Shown: positions 8,563 through 18,619, counted from the stretch's first letter. The stretch: 64,000 nt of DNA from Gammaproteobacteria bacterium (GCA_035688265.1 DASSNE010000003.1:12890-76889); one strand, 5' to 3'. Numbers and translations are program-made. Notes: generated from the sequence alone by a model not told the origin.

Positions 8563-9885
8563 CTACGCCGCTTCAGCGCGTCGCATAAACTTCTCGATCG
8601 CATCCGGCTCCTTCAGCAGCTTGCCGGTCAGCACGTCCGGTTCGTCGCGCGTCACCAGCACGTCGTCCTCGATGCGCACGCCGATATTCCACCATTTCTT
8701 CGCGACACCCTTGCTGCCGGCCGGGATATAAAGGCCCGGCTCGACGGTGAGCACCATGCCCGGCTCCAGTTCGCGCCACTGATCGTCGAGACGATAGTCG
8801 CCGACGTCGTGCACGTCGAGACCCAGCCAGTGGCCGGTGCGATGCATGTAAAAGCGCCGATACGCCTCATCCTTGATCAGCTTCGACACCGGCCCCTTCA
8901 GCAGGCCGAGCTTGACGAGCCCGGCCGTCAGCGCCTTGACCGCGGCCTCGTGCGGCTGGTTCCAGTGGTTGCCGGGCCGGGCCGCGTCGATACCGGCGTA
9001 CTGCGCGCGCAACACCACCTCGTAAATCGCACGTTGCGCGTCGGTGAAGCGGCCGTTGACCGGGAACGTGCGGGTGATGTCGGACGCGTAGCCGTGGACT
9101 TCGCAGCCGGCGTCGATCAGCACCAGCTCGCCGTCGTTCAGCACCGCATCGTTGTCGGTGTAATGCAGGATGCAGCCGTTGCCGCCGCCGCCGACGATCG
9201 AGTTGTAGGCGACGCGCGCGCCGTGACGGTGAAACTCGTGCAGCAGTTCGGCTTCGAGCTCGTATTCGTGCATGCCGGGCCGGCAGGCGCGCATCGCGCG
9301 CTCGTGCGCACCGACCGAAATTGTCGCAGCGCGGCGCATTTCGGCGATTTCGGAACGCGTCTTGTACAGCCGCATGTCGTGCAGGAACGGCTCGAGCGAT
9401 ACGAACTCGTGTGGCGCACTCGCACCTTGCCCGCGGCCGGTACGCAACTGGTTCACCCAGCCGATCACGCGCTGATCGAACTGCGGGTGCGTACCCATCG
9501 TGTAAAACACGCGTTCGGCGTCTTCCATCAGCCCGGGCAGGATGTCGTCGATGTCGGCAATCGGAAAGGCGTCGCCGGCGCCGTAGTCGCGGATCGCGCC
9601 TTCCTGGCCGGCGCGGCGACCGTGCCAGGTTTCCTTCATCGGGTCGCGCTCGCGACAGAACAGCACGTAGTCGGCCGGCGCGCGCCCCGGAATCAGCACC
9701 GCGACAGCGTCCGGTTCCGGAAAGCCGGTCAGATACTGAAAGTCGCTGTCCTGGCGGAACGGGTAGTCGACGTCGCGATTGCGGATCGTCTCGACCGCCG
9801 ACGGCACGATCGCAATTGTGTCGCGGCCCATCATGCGCATGAGCTGCTTGCGGCGCTTGGCGAATTCCTGTGGTTTCATCTTCAT
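8563..9885 (-). CDS. pepP: Xaa-Pro aminopeptidase
   Basis: 440 aa with ..RNRDVDYPFRQDSDFQYLTGF.. and HRTGHWLGLDVHD..VLTVEPGLY, the M24B family signature. Confidence 0.9.
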   Translation of the reverse strand: MKMKPQEFAKRRKQLMRMMGRDTIAIVPSAVETIRNRDVDYPFRQDSDFQYLTGFPEPDAVAVLIPGRAPADYVLFCRERDPMKETWHGRRAGQEGAIRDYGAGDAFPIADIDDILPGLMEDAERVFYTMGTHPQFDQRVIGWVNQLRTGRGQGASAPHEFVSLEPFLHDMRLYKTRSEIAEMRRAATISVGAHERAMRACRPGMHEYELEAELLHEFHRHGARVAYNSIVGGGGNGCILHYTDNDAVLNDGELVLIDAGCEVHGYASDITRTFPVNGRFTDAQRAIYEVVLRAQYAGIDAARPGNHWNQPHEAAVKALTAGLVKLGLLKGPVSKLIKDEAYRRFYMHRTGHWLGLDVHDVGDYRLDDQWRELEPGMVLTVEPGLYIPAGSKGVAKKWWNIGVRIEDDVLVTRDEPDVLTGKLLKEPDAIEKFMRRAEAA

Positions 9886-9891
9886 GGTTGT

Positions 9892-10464
9892 CTAGTGGAG
9901 AACGGGACGGGTCCGGCTTGCCGGATGCACGGTTTCGAAAACCAGTTGCGTGCCGACGCGGACGTACTCGACGATCTCCGCGTAGGCGGTTTCGTCGGCT
10001 TCGTTGCCGGCCTCGGCGGCCAATTCCTGGCGCGCGATTTCGCTGAAGTCGCCCAGCACCTCGCGCACTTCGTCGGGCAGCGGCGGCGACTCGCCCGGCG
10101 CAAAGCCGATGCCGAAGCCGTACAGGAAGCCGCGGCACCATAATCTTAATGCCGCGGCGCGGACTGCGATTGTCTCGCTGTCGTCCGGCAGCAGCGGCGC
10201 GAACTGCATGTCACCGCTGTCGAGTGTCGTCGCAATGGCCTCGCCCAGCGCCGTCAACAGCCCGTCCTGTTCAACGGCGGCGACCGTTTCCCGGTCCGGC
10301 AGTGCATCGCGCCAATCAGGGCGCTGCGCGGGATCGGCGCCGCACACCACGCCGGTTAATGCGCCGTGACATTCGGCGGCATCGGCCGGGTCGAGCACGG
10401 CGTTCAACTGCGGGCGGAGATCGGCGACGGTCGTCATGGCGGCGGGATGCTTCGAAAACGCCAT
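9892..10464 (-). CDS. ygfB: UPF0149-family protein YgfB
   Basis: 190 aa with ..AALRLWCRGFLYGFG.. It sits immediately upstream of pepP, as in enterobacteria and pseudomonads. The start could be the internal M at 10437. Confidence 0.75.
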   Translation of the reverse strand: MAFSKHPAAMTTVADLRPQLNAVLDPADAAECHGALTGVVCGADPAQRPDWRDALPDRETVAAVEQDGLLTALGEAIATTLDSGDMQFAPLLPDDSETIAVRAAALRLWCRGFLYGFGIGFAPGESPPLPDEVREVLGDFSEIARQELAAEAGNEADETAYAEIVEYVRVGTQLVFETVHPASRTRPVLH

Positions 10465-10552
10465 ACTATCACCGTTTACAGAGGCACTCTAACCACGTTG
10501 ACCCGCATCAATGTCGGCTCTATAGTTGGCGCATCAACAGGGTCGGCCGGCA

Positions 10553-10780
10553 ATGAACAGCGCGAACCAGATTATCGAAAGCGAACTAAGTCGTCTGGAA
10601 GCCCGTCTCGACGAGCTGACGGAAGTCTGCAATCGCCTGCGCCTGCAAAACCGCTCGCTGATGGAGCGGCTGGAAGCGCTGGCGACCGAGCGCGCCGCAC
10701 TGCTGGACAAGAACGAACAGGCGCGCGGGCGCGTCGAGGCGATGATCGGCCGGCTGAGAACGCTGGAACAGAACGTCTGA
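10553..10780 (+). CDS. Small coiled-coil protein (ZapB-like / TIGR02449-like) upstream of zapA
   Basis: ATG at 10553 lies within ORF 10526..10780. The product MNSANQIIESELSRLEARLDELTEVCNRLRLQNRSLMERLE..RVEAMIGRLRTLEQNV is a heptad-rich all-helix protein. Its stop lies 1 nt before the zapA ATG. Confidence 0.6.
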   Translation: MNSANQIIESELSRLEARLDELTEVCNRLRLQNRSLMERLEALATERAALLDKNEQARGRVEAMIGRLRTLEQNV

Positions 10781-10781
10781 C

Positions 10782-11093
10782 ATGACTGCCGACACGACAC
10801 GCGTCACTGTTCGGATTCTGGACCGCGAGTACCAGATCGGCTGCCCGCCGGACGAAAAACCGGCGCTGCTCGAAGCGGCGTCTTTGCTGAATCGCAAAAT
10901 GCAGGAAATCCGCAAGTCGGGCTCGGTGATCGGCCTGGACCGCATCGCGGTGATGGCGGCGCTCAACCTGGCACACGAATTTCTGCAAAGCGACGCCAGC
11001 AGCAAATCGATTGCCGACGATGTCACCAGGCGCCTGCAGCGGATGCACGACAAGGTCGAACTGACGCTGGTCGAAGATCGGAGCGCCTCATGA
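10782..11093 (+). CDS. zapA: Cell division protein ZapA
   Basis: 103 aa with VTVRILDREYQIGCPPDEKPALLEAASLLNRKMQEIRKSG..LDRIAVMAALNLAHEF. Confidence 0.9.
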   Translation: MTADTTRVTVRILDREYQIGCPPDEKPALLEAASLLNRKMQEIRKSGSVIGLDRIAVMAALNLAHEFLQSDASSKSIADDVTRRLQRMHDKVELTLVEDRSAS

Positions 11094-11134
11094 AAAATGG
11101 GCGCCGGCTCACGTTCGCGCCGGCGGGTCGACGG

Positions 11135-11142
11135 TATAAAAT
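11135..11142 (+). promoter_or_regulatory. Candidate -10 element (TATAAAAT) for ssrS
   Basis: The sequence ggTATAAAATgg lies about 6-8 nt before the predicted 6S RNA 5' end. No good -35 was seen. Confidence 0.4.
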
Positions 11143-11147
11143 GGTTG

Positions 11148-11336
11148 CGACATCTCCTGCGGTGTTCGACGTGAGCTGGGTATCTCTTTGAGCCTAACTT
11201 CTACCCTGGGGTGTGCAAAGCGGTTGCCGTGAGCATGTTCGCCTTGAGCGAAAAGCCTGAAGCGCCGCCAACGCACCCCACCTGAGCCACTGGTTCAAGG
11301 GAAAAGTTCGCGACGGCATCGGCGGGAGGTGTCCCC
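11148..11336 (+). ncRNA. ssrS: 6S RNA
   Basis: It occupies the zapA-ssrS-ygfA position. Segments resemble E. coli 6S as I remember it (..GUGAGCAUGUUCGCC.., ..GAAAAGCCUGAAG.., ..CACCUGAGCCACUGGUUCAAGGG.., ..GACGGCAUCGGCGGGAGGUGUCCCC). The 5' acatctcc pairs with the 3' ggaggtgt to close the rod. End coordinates are approximate (+/-5 nt). Confidence 0.85.
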
Positions 11337-11341
11337 TTCTC

Positions 11342-11959
11342 TTGATTTCCCAAACCCCTACAGATATCGACGCGCTGCGCCGGCAGACCTGCTGTCGACG
11401 GCAGGCGCTCGCACCCGGTGAACAGGCGGCTGCGTCGGCTGCCATCGTTCAGCGCATCCGCCAACTGGCACTGTTTGAACAGGCACGGCACGTCGCCGTC
11501 TACAGCGCAATCCGCGGTGAAGTCGATCTCCAATCGCTGTGGCACGAGGCGCCGGCCGCGAAGCACTGGTATCTGCCTGCGATCGTTCCCGGACCGGAAC
11601 GGGCGATGCGATTTGTGCGTCACGAGGCCGCCGCCGTGCTGCGCAAAAGCGCTTTCGGCATTCCCGAACCGGATGCGGCGAAGGGTATCGTGCGCGAGCC
11701 GCGCGGACTCGACCTGGTGCTTGCGCCGCTGGTCGCATTCGATGCCGACGGTCATCGCATCGGCATGGGTGCCGGCTACTACGACCGCGCGTTTGCATTT
11801 CTGCGCAACGCACCGCCTCCGGAACGACCGCGGCTGATCGGCGTCGGCTACGAATTTCAGCGTATCGAGCACATCGATGCGCAACCGTGGGACGTGCCAT
11901 TGTGGGGCGTGGTCACGGAACGAACGCTGTACGGCAGACTAATAAAAGGAGATGAATAG
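11342..11959 (+). CDS. ygfA: 5-formyltetrahydrofolate cyclo-ligase
   Basis: 205 aa with a TTG start 5 nt after the 6S 3' end. Contains ..LVLAPLVAFDADGHRIGMGAGYYDR.., the family motif. Confidence 0.85.
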   Translation: MISQTPTDIDALRRQTCCRRQALAPGEQAAASAAIVQRIRQLALFEQARHVAVYSAIRGEVDLQSLWHEAPAAKHWYLPAIVPGPERAMRFVRHEAAAVLRKSAFGIPEPDAAKGIVREPRGLDLVLAPLVAFDADGHRIGMGAGYYDRAFAFLRNAPPPERPRLIGVGYEFQRIEHIDAQPWDVPLWGVVTERTLYGRLIKGDE

Positions 11960-12430
11960 GTGCGTTACTGGCTGATGAAAACGGAGCCGAACGAGTTCTC
12001 GATCGACGACCTGGCGAACCGGCCGAACCAGGTCGAGCCGTGGGATGGCGTCCGCAACTACCAGGCACGGAACATGATGCGCGACGAAATGAAGCGCGGC
12101 GACCGGGTTTTTTTCTACCACTCCAACTCGCAGCCACCGGGTATCGTCGGCATCGCCGAGGTCTATCGCGAAGGCTATCCCGACACCACCGCGTTCGATC
12201 CTGAAGACCCGCACTATGACCCGAAAAGCGATCCGGATGCCCCACGCTGGTTTCGCGTCGACGTGCGTTTCGTAAGTAAATTCCAGCATAAAGTCACTCT
12301 CGACATGCTGCGTGCACAACCCGATCTGGCGAACATGGCGGTGCTGCGACGCGGCAACCGGTTATCGATCACGCCGGTCAGCGAACACGAATGGCGCTGT
12401 GTGTTGAAACTCGCCGACGAACGGCCTTGA
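11960..12430 (+). CDS. EVE (PUA-like) domain protein
   Basis: 156 aa with MRYWLMKTEPNEFSIDDL..WDGVRNYQARNMMRDEMKRGDRVFFYHSN. The GTG start directly abuts the ygfA stop (TAGGTG), and aaggag lies upstream. Confidence 0.85.
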   Translation: MRYWLMKTEPNEFSIDDLANRPNQVEPWDGVRNYQARNMMRDEMKRGDRVFFYHSNSQPPGIVGIAEVYREGYPDTTAFDPEDPHYDPKSDPDAPRWFRVDVRFVSKFQHKVTLDMLRAQPDLANMAVLRRGNRLSITPVSEHEWRCVLKLADERP

Positions 12431-12438
12431 CAAAAACA

Positions 12439-12467
12439 TTGACGTATGTGGAATTTCGCCGCATAGT
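12439..12467 (+). promoter_or_regulatory. Candidate sigma70 promoter, TTGACG-17 nt-CATAGT
   Basis: Read directly upstream of the H1-like gene. The spacing was counted by hand. Confidence 0.35.
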
Positions 12468-12534
12468 TGCGCTGGCAATTTGACTTTTCTCGTATATACT
12501 CAAGTGCGAGCATTCCAGTACCGGGAGATACTCA

Positions 12535-13098
12535 ATGGCTACACGTAAGGCTTCGGCGAAGAAAAAAGTTTCGGCAAGCAAGAAAAAGAAGACGACCGCG
12601 AGGAAGGCAACGGCACGCAAAAAGGCCACGACTAAAAAGGTAATGGCCAAAAAGCGGGCGACCACCAAAAAGAAAACGGCCGCTCGCAAAAAGACGGCGA
12701 CAAGGAAGAAGACGGCTGCCAAAAAGCGGCCGGCACGCAAGAAGGCGGCTACCAGGAAAAAGACTGTAAGCAGGAAGAAGACGACGGCGAAGAAGAAAAC
12801 CGCCACACGGAAGAAGGCGGGCGCCAAGAAGAAAACGACCGGCCGCAAGAAGACTGCGGCAAAGAAGAAAGCAACTGCGAAGAAGCGGCCGGCGCGGAAG
12901 AAGACCGCCGCGCGCAAAAAGACCGCTTCGAAGAAGCGTGCGACTACCAAGAAGAAGGCAGCGCCGAGGAAGAAAACTGCCGCGCGCAAGAAGTCGGCTA
13001 CCCGCAAGAAGACGGCTACCCGAAAGAAAACGGCAGGCAAAAAGGCCGGCCGCAAGGGCAAGGCTTCAACCTTCGTCCTGCAGGGTCTGCCGAGCTGA
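12535..13098 (+). CDS. Histone H1/AlgP-like Lys/Ala/Thr/Arg-rich repetitive nucleoid-type protein
   Basis: 187 aa, almost entirely repeats of the type KKTAARKKTATRKKTAAKKRPARKK. It has a Shine-Dalgarno (gggaga) and a strong terminator downstream. Confidence 0.75.
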   Translation: MATRKASAKKKVSASKKKKTTARKATARKKATTKKVMAKKRATTKKKTAARKKTATRKKTAAKKRPARKKAATRKKTVSRKKTTAKKKTATRKKAGAKKKTTGRKKTAAKKKATAKKRPARKKTAARKKTASKKRATTKKKAAPRKKTAARKKSATRKKTATRKKTAGKKAGRKGKASTFVLQGLPS

Positions 13099-13122
13099 CG
13101 CACGGCAAAAGCTACGGTTTTG

Positions 13123-13150
13123 GGGCCCGCTTCGGCGGGCCCTTTTGTTT
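13123..13150 (+). terminator. Rho-independent terminator
   Basis: gggcccgc-ttcg-gcgggccc followed by ttttgttt. Confidence 0.85.
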
Positions 13151-13161
13151 AGAGAGAGGCC

Positions 13162-13818
13162 ATGGACAAAGACGCCAAAAAACGTGCGGCCGCCAAAGCG
13201 GCCATGGAATATATCGAAGATGTCGCGATCGTCGGCGTCGGCACCGGCTCGACGGTCGACTACTTTATAGAGGAACTGGCCGCCGTCAGGGCACAAATTG
13301 ACGGCGCGGTTTCGAGCTCCGAAGCGACTACGGCAAAATTGCGCGCCGCCGGTATTCCCGTCATCGAATTGAACCGCAGCGGCGACATTCCGGTGTACGT
13401 GGACGGCTGCGACGAGTCCAACAAATACCTGCAACTGGTCAAGGGCGGCGGCGGTGCGCTGACGCGCGAGAAGATCGTCGCCTCCGCCAGCGAGCGATTC
13501 GTCTGCATCGCCGACGACACCAAACTGGTCGGCGTACTCGGCAGCTTTGGTGTGCCGGTTGAAGTCATCCCGATGGCGCGCAGCTACGTCGCGCGCAAGC
13601 TCGTCAAACTGGGAGGGCGGCCGGTCTGGCGCGAAGGCGTCGTCACCGACAACGGCAACGAGATCATCGATCTGCACGGCTTGAGCATTACCGAACCAGT
13701 CAAGCTGGAACGCGAAATCGAAGCCATTGCCGGCGTGGTGTGCGCCGGCATATTCGCTGCCCGCCCGGCGGATGTGCTGCTGCTCGCCGGCGATGACGGG
13801 GTGCGGACGCTAACCTAG
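13162..13818 (+). CDS. rpiA: Ribose-5-phosphate isomerase A
   Basis: 218 aa with [51 protein letters not shown]. Confidence 0.9.
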   Translation: MDKDAKKRAAAKAAMEYIEDVAIVGVGTGSTVDYFIEELAAVRAQIDGAVSSSEATTAKLRAAGIPVIELNRSGDIPVYVDGCDESNKYLQLVKGGGGALTREKIVASASERFVCIADDTKLVGVLGSFGVPVEVIPMARSYVARKLVKLGGRPVWREGVVTDNGNEIIDLHGLSITEPVKLEREIEAIAGVVCAGIFAARPADVLLLAGDDGVRTLT

Positions 13819-14925
13819 GTTACGCGCGATCCACGGGCCGACCATGCGGCTGACCGGCAACGGCAGTCGCTGCCAGGCGTTGATGAACGGCCGGTAACGC
13901 GAGTTGTTCGGGCTGATGTCCGGCACCTGCTTCGCACGAACCAGGTGGTACTGGTAATACAACGGCTGCGGCTCGAACCCCCAATGCGTCTTGAAGCGGT
14001 ATGCGCCCGTACCACGTTTGCTGCGGCCATAATCAAACAGCCGCGCGCCGCGTTCGATGCCGCGGCACATCGTTTGCCAGTACATGAAGTCATTCGCCTT
14101 CACCACGCGTGCAAAACTGCCGCCGCCACCGTAATACGGCAGCACTTCATCGCGAAAATAGAAACTCATGACGGCGCTGACCGGGCGATCGTCGTGCAGC
14201 ACCGTCAACATTTCGCAGTCTTCGCCGAAGCGCGCCTTGAGCAGCCGGAAATACCGGCGGCTGAACACCGGCGTGCCGAGGTTGCGCACGCTTTCCGCGT
14301 ACAGGTTGTAACCGCGGTCGACATCCTCATCTATCTCGACACGCAAGCCGCAGGCTTCGGCCTTGCGGATCATCGCCCGCTGCTTGCGGGGGATCGCCAT
14401 CAAATTAGCTTGGGGATCAGGATCCAGCGCTTTGCGAAATGTCACGTACAGCGATTTGGTCGGCCAGTCCGCCGGCCCGGGCTGCAGGTTGCGCAACTCC
14501 AGATAGTCCACGCCCAGGTTGTCTGCCAGGTTGCATGCCGCCGCCCGCAGAGCGCGTTCGGCGCCCGGAGTGTCGGCGACAATGCCGCCATAGACGCAGA
14601 ACGGCGTCGAGACCAGCGCGTGGCCGAACAGGCGACTCTTCATCTCGACCAGCGGCAGAACGCCGGCGATACCATCGGCGCCGTCGGCGTAAAGATAGTG
14701 GGTTCTGTGGCCGAACGCTTCTTCTATGACATGCGCCCAGGCGACGCGATGAAAAAAGGTCGCCTCCGGCCGCGTGCTGACAAAGATATCCCAGCGCGCC
14801 TCGTCGGCGGACGACAGGGATTTGACCGTAAAAGTACGAACGGGGGTCCGAGTGGGGGTGAGCTGGGCGTTGCCGTGCGGTGCCTGGAAACGGTCCGCCA
14901 GCTGCCGTGCGCGCGCATTGTCCAT
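13810..14925 (-). CDS. FemAB-family acyltransferase (resembles the exosortase/PEP-CTERM-associated FemAB-related type)
   Basis: 371 aa with ..[70 protein letters not shown]. Confidence 0.7.
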   Translation of the reverse strand: MDNARARQLADRFQAPHGNAQLTPTRTPVRTFTVKSLSSADEARWDIFVSTRPEATFFHRVAWAHVIEEAFGHRTHYLYADGADGIAGVLPLVEMKSRLFGHALVSTPFCVYGGIVADTPGAERALRAAACNLADNLGVDYLELRNLQPGPADWPTKSLYVTFRKALDPDPQANLMAIPRKQRAMIRKAEACGLRVEIDEDVDRGYNLYAESVRNLGTPVFSRRYFRLLKARFGEDCEMLTVLHDDRPVSAVMSFYFRDEVLPYYGGGGSFARVVKANDFMYWQTMCRGIERGARLFDYGRSKRGTGAYRFKTHWGFEPQPLYYQYHLVRAKQVPDISPNNSRYRPFINAWQRLPLPVSRMVGPWIARNLG

Positions 14926-15121
14926 TGCATCTTCCTTGTTTTGACGTTCCCTGTGGCTTCAGATTATGACACCGGTAGTTGCCTTAAGACAAACCCCTCG
15001 TTTTGGTATGCGCCAACGCTGCCTTTCCCGCGGCCTTGCCGGGTAAAACCCTTACGGACCGCGGCGCGTCGCTGTGGTAGCGTACTGGTTCCTGTTGAAC
15101 CGCAACCGTCAAGGAGGACGC

Positions 15122-15580
15122 ATGGACATTTACGAAGCACTGAGACGCGATCACGACGAAGTATCCGTCCTGTTCGAAGCGCTCTTCGACACGGACGCCA
15201 CCGCGGTCGAGCGGCGGCGCGACGCGTTCAAACGCTTGCGGCGAATTCTGCGCGCGCACTCCTCCGCGGAACAGGCGCTGTTTTACCCGCTCCTCAAGGA
15301 CCACGAACAGACTCACGACCTGGTGGAGCACGCCGCCGGCCGTTACGGAAAGATGAACAAGTTGCTCGGCGAAATGGCGACGATGAACCATCGCGCGGAT
15401 GCGTGGATGGACAAATGCCGGGCCCTCCACAGAGGAGTGGAAGAACACGTCGACGAAGAAGAAAACCGGATATTTCCGCAGGCGCGACACATCCTCAGTG
15501 ACGAACAGGCACAGCGGCTCGGCGCGCAGATCGCGGAACAGGAACGGTTACTCCAGATGGGTCGAAAGACGCTGGCCTGA
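15122..15580 (+). CDS. Hemerythrin (HHE cation-binding) domain protein
   Basis: An internal ATG with a Shine-Dalgarno (aaggagg). The product is [45 protein letters not shown]. Confidence 0.8.
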   Translation: MDIYEALRRDHDEVSVLFEALFDTDATAVERRRDAFKRLRRILRAHSSAEQALFYPLLKDHEQTHDLVEHAAGRYGKMNKLLGEMATMNHRADAWMDKCRALHRGVEEHVDEEENRIFPQARHILSDEQAQRLGAQIAEQERLLQMGRKTLA

Positions 15581-15753
15581 ATAAGGAAGAGGGCGTTTTT
15601 TCAAGCGGCGCGGCCGAAATCCGCGTCATCGGTGATGCCTGGGCACTCGCCGCATTGAGCCGCAAAGCACGTCACAATCCACAGGCGTCGATTTTCGCGC
15701 CGCTGCGGGTTAAACTTCCGGTTGCCTTTTTTACAGTCTCCAGGAATCGGAAG

Positions 15754-16929
15754 ATGTCACGAAACTACCTGTTTACGTCCGAGTCGGTCTCGGAAGGCCA
15801 TCCGGACAAGATCGCGGACCAGATTTCAGACGCGGTGCTCGACGATATCCTGCGCCAGGACAAGCGCTCGCGCGTCGCCTGCGAAACGATGATCAAGACC
15901 GGCATGATCATCGTCGCCGGCGAAGTCAGCACCCAGGCATGGGTCGATCTCGAAGATCTGGTACGGCCGATCGTGCGTCACATCGGCTACCGCGCGGAAA
16001 TGGGTTTCGACTGGGAAACCTGCGCCGTGCTGAACGCGATCGGCAAACAGTCGCCTGATATTGCGCAGGGCGTCGATCGGGCCGCACCCGAGGAACAGGG
16101 CGCCGGCGACCAGGGCTTGATGTTCGGCTACGCCAGCAACGAAACCGATGTGCTGATGCCGGCACCGATCACCTTCGCGCACCGGCTGGTGCAGCGCCAG
16201 GCCGAAGTGCGCCGTTCGGGCGCGCTGCCGTGGCTGCGCCCCGACGCGAAGAGCCAGGTGACCTTCCGCTACGAAAACGACCGGCCGGTCGGCATCAACG
16301 CCGTCGTGCTGTCCACGCAGCACTCGCCGGACGTCGATCTGAAGACGCTGACCGAAGCGGTGATGGAGGAAATCATCAAGCCGGTGCTGCCGTCCGAGTG
16401 GATCGACGCCAAGACCCGCTACCACATCAACCCCACCGGCCGCTTTGTTATCGGCGGCCCGGTCGGTGACTGCGGCCTGACCGGGCGCAAGCTGATCGTC
16501 GATACCTACGGCGGCATGGCCCGCCATGGCGGCGGCGCATTTTCCGGCAAGGATCCGTCCAAGGTGGACCGCTCCGCGGCCTACGCGATGCGCTATGTCG
16601 CCAAGAACATCGTCGCCGCCGGCCTGGCCGAGCGCTGCGAGCTGCAGGTGTCCTATGCGATCGGCGTCGCCGAACCGACATCGGTCACCGTCGAGACATT
16701 CGGTACCGGCAAGGTCGACGAGGCGCGCCTGACGCAACTCGTGCGCGAGCACTTCGACCTGCGCCCGTACGGCATCCTCAAGATGCTCGACCTGGTGCGG
16801 CCGATCTACCAGGCAACTGCCGCCTACGGCCACTTCGGCCGCGAAGACGCTGACTTCACCTGGGAAAAGACCGACCGCGCGGAAGAGCTGCGCGAAGCGG
16901 CGGGATTGAAAGAACCCGCAATGGCTTGA
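15754..16929 (+). CDS. metK: S-adenosylmethionine synthetase
   Basis: An internal ATG of ORF 15655..16929 gives [30 protein letters not shown]... Confidence 0.95.
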   Translation: MSRNYLFTSESVSEGHPDKIADQISDAVLDDILRQDKRSRVACETMIKTGMIIVAGEVSTQAWVDLEDLVRPIVRHIGYRAEMGFDWETCAVLNAIGKQSPDIAQGVDRAAPEEQGAGDQGLMFGYASNETDVLMPAPITFAHRLVQRQAEVRRSGALPWLRPDAKSQVTFRYENDRPVGINAVVLSTQHSPDVDLKTLTEAVMEEIIKPVLPSEWIDAKTRYHINPTGRFVIGGPVGDCGLTGRKLIVDTYGGMARHGGGAFSGKDPSKVDRSAAYAMRYVAKNIVAAGLAERCELQVSYAIGVAEPTSVTVETFGTGKVDEARLTQLVREHFDLRPYGILKMLDLVRPIYQATAAYGHFGREDADFTWEKTDRAEELREAAGLKEPAMA

Positions 16930-16983
16930 GGAGCTCGTAACGCAGGCGGCGGCAACGAAGCCAGTTACCATTACCTGCCCCAC

Positions 16984-17058
16984 TCCGAGGAGCGCTGCAA
17001 CGAACACAGATTCGTCAGGCTCGGAGCACAGGAGCATTTCATCTTCGAACGGCGCTCG
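16984..17058 (+). promoter_or_regulatory. SAH riboswitch (S-adenosylhomocysteine-responsive) in the ahcY leader
   Basis: The sequence CCGAGGAGCGCUGCAACGAACACAGAUUCGUCAGGCUCGG...AACGGCGCUC matches the remembered consensus: a CCGAG/CUCGG helix, a GCAACGAA/UUCGUC hairpin, and GAGCGC pairing with GGCGCUC as a pseudoknot. It lies about 25 nt before the ahcY Shine-Dalgarno and ATG. Confidence 0.85.
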
Positions 17059-17082
17059 TTCAACGTCAATGGAGTCAACACG

Positions 17083-18498
17083 ATGAACGCAGTCGTAGAC
17101 AATGAAACGTCCGATTACTACGTTAGAGATATCAGCCTCGCTGATTGGGGCCGCAAGGAAATCGCGATCGCCGAGACTGAAATGCCGGGCCTCATGGCGA
17201 CACGACGCGAGTACGCCGATGCGCAACCGCTGAAGGGCGCGCGCATCGCCGGGTCGCTGCATATGACCATCCAGACCGCGGTGCTGATCGAGACGCTCAA
17301 CGCGCTCGGCGCCGAGGTCCGCTGGGCGTCGTGCAACATTTATTCCACCCAGGATCACGCCGCCGCGGCAATCGCGGCCGGCGGCACGCCGGTGTTCGCC
17401 TACAAGGGCGAAAGCCTCGACGAGTACTGGGAATTCACCCACCGCATTCTCGACTGGGGCGACGGCGAAACCGCCAACATGATCCTCGACGACGGGGGCG
17501 ATGCGACGCTGCTGGCGACGCTCGGCGCCCGGGCCGAAAAGGACCCGTCACTGATCGCCAATCCGACCAATGAAGAGGAAAAGGCGCTGTTCGCCGCGAT
17601 CAGGAAACGCCTCGACAGCAAGCCCGGCTGGTATGCCAAAGTGTGCGCGAACATTCACGGCGTGACCGAGGAAACCACCACCGGGGTGCATCGCCTCTAC
17701 GAAATGGCGCGCGGAAACCGGCTGCCGTTCCCGGCGATCAACGTCAACGACTCCGTGACGAAATCCAAGTTCGACAACCTGTACGGCTGCCGCGAATCGC
17801 TTGTCGACGGCATCAAGCGTGCCACCGACGTGATGATCGCCGGCAAGATCGCGCTGGTCGCCGGCTACGGCGACGTCGGCAAAGGTTGTGCGCAGTCGCT
17901 GCGTTCGCTGGGTGCAACGGTCTGGGTCACCGAAATCGACCCGATCTGCGCGCTGCAGGCGACGATGGAAGGCTTCCGCGTCGTGACGATGGACGAAGCG
18001 GCCGACAAGGCCGACATCTTCGTCACCGCCACCGGCAATTACCACGTCATCGACCACGATCACATGGCGGCGATGAAGAACCAGGCGATCGTCTGCAACA
18101 TCGGTCACTTCGACTCCGAGATCAACATCGCCTCGCTCGACAAGTACGAGTGGGAGGAGATCAAGCCGCAGGTCGACCACGTCATCTTCCCGGACGGCAA
18201 GCGCATCATCGTGCTCGCGCGCGGGCGGCTGGTGAATCTCGGCTGCGCGACCGGTCACCCGAGCTTCGTCATGTCGAACTCGTTCACAAATCAGGTGCTC
18301 GCGCAGATCGAGTTGTGGACGCATCCCGACCAGTACGAAAACAAGGTGTACGTGCTGCCGAAGCATCTCGACGAAAAGGTCGCGATGCTGCATCTCGAGC
18401 GCCTCGGTGCGCATCTGACCGAGCTGACGCCACAGCAGGCGGACTATATCGGCGTGCCGGTCGACGGGCCGTTCAAGCCGGATCATTACCGGTACTGA
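17083..18498 (+). CDS. ahcY: Adenosylhomocysteinase
   Basis: 471 aa with ..[23 protein letters not shown].. and [20 protein letters not shown]. Confidence 0.95.
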   Translation: MNAVVDNETSDYYVRDISLADWGRKEIAIAETEMPGLMATRREYADAQPLKGARIAGSLHMTIQTAVLIETLNALGAEVRWASCNIYSTQDHAAAAIAAGGTPVFAYKGESLDEYWEFTHRILDWGDGETANMILDDGGDATLLATLGARAEKDPSLIANPTNEEEKALFAAIRKRLDSKPGWYAKVCANIHGVTEETTTGVHRLYEMARGNRLPFPAINVNDSVTKSKFDNLYGCRESLVDGIKRATDVMIAGKIALVAGYGDVGKGCAQSLRSLGATVWVTEIDPICALQATMEGFRVVTMDEAADKADIFVTATGNYHVIDHDHMAAMKNQAIVCNIGHFDSEINIASLDKYEWEEIKPQVDHVIFPDGKRIIVLARGRLVNLGCATGHPSFVMSNSFTNQVLAQIELWTHPDQYENKVYVLPKHLDEKVAMLHLERLGAHLTELTPQQADYIGVPVDGPFKPDHYRY

Positions 18499-18515
18499 AG
18501 AAAGTCGCCAGTCGC

Positions 18516-18543
18516 TCGCCCCGGCCGTGTCCGGCCGGGGCGA
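18516..18543 (+). terminator. GC-rich hairpin downstream of ahcY (12-bp stem, no clear U-tract)
   Basis: tcgccccggccg-tgtc-cggccggggcga. Confidence 0.5.
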
Positions 18544-18619
18544 CACGGGCAATCCTCTATTGTTAGCGCCCGTCTGCCGCGTTCTAATGGAGCGCCGATA
18601 ACGGAACAAGGAGAGTCCC

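Noticed and set aside
12480-12500. TTGACT ... TATACT as the promoter of the H1-like gene
   Set aside because: The two hexamers are only 9 nt apart. I preferred the upstream TTGACG-17-CATAGT pair.
12378-13103. 241-aa Phe/Ala/Val-rich ORF that looks like a membrane protein (and the analogous 32701..33222 + ORF)
   Set aside because: These are the reverse complements of the Lys/Ala-rich coding repeats (AAG/GCN read as CTT/NGC). The sense-strand genes have a Shine-Dalgarno, promoter and terminator, or a fused Adk domain.
15581-15753. Possible SAM riboswitch in the 173-nt metK leader
   Set aside because: I could not recognise SAM-I, SAM-II or SAM-V consensus elements by eye. It would need cmsearch.
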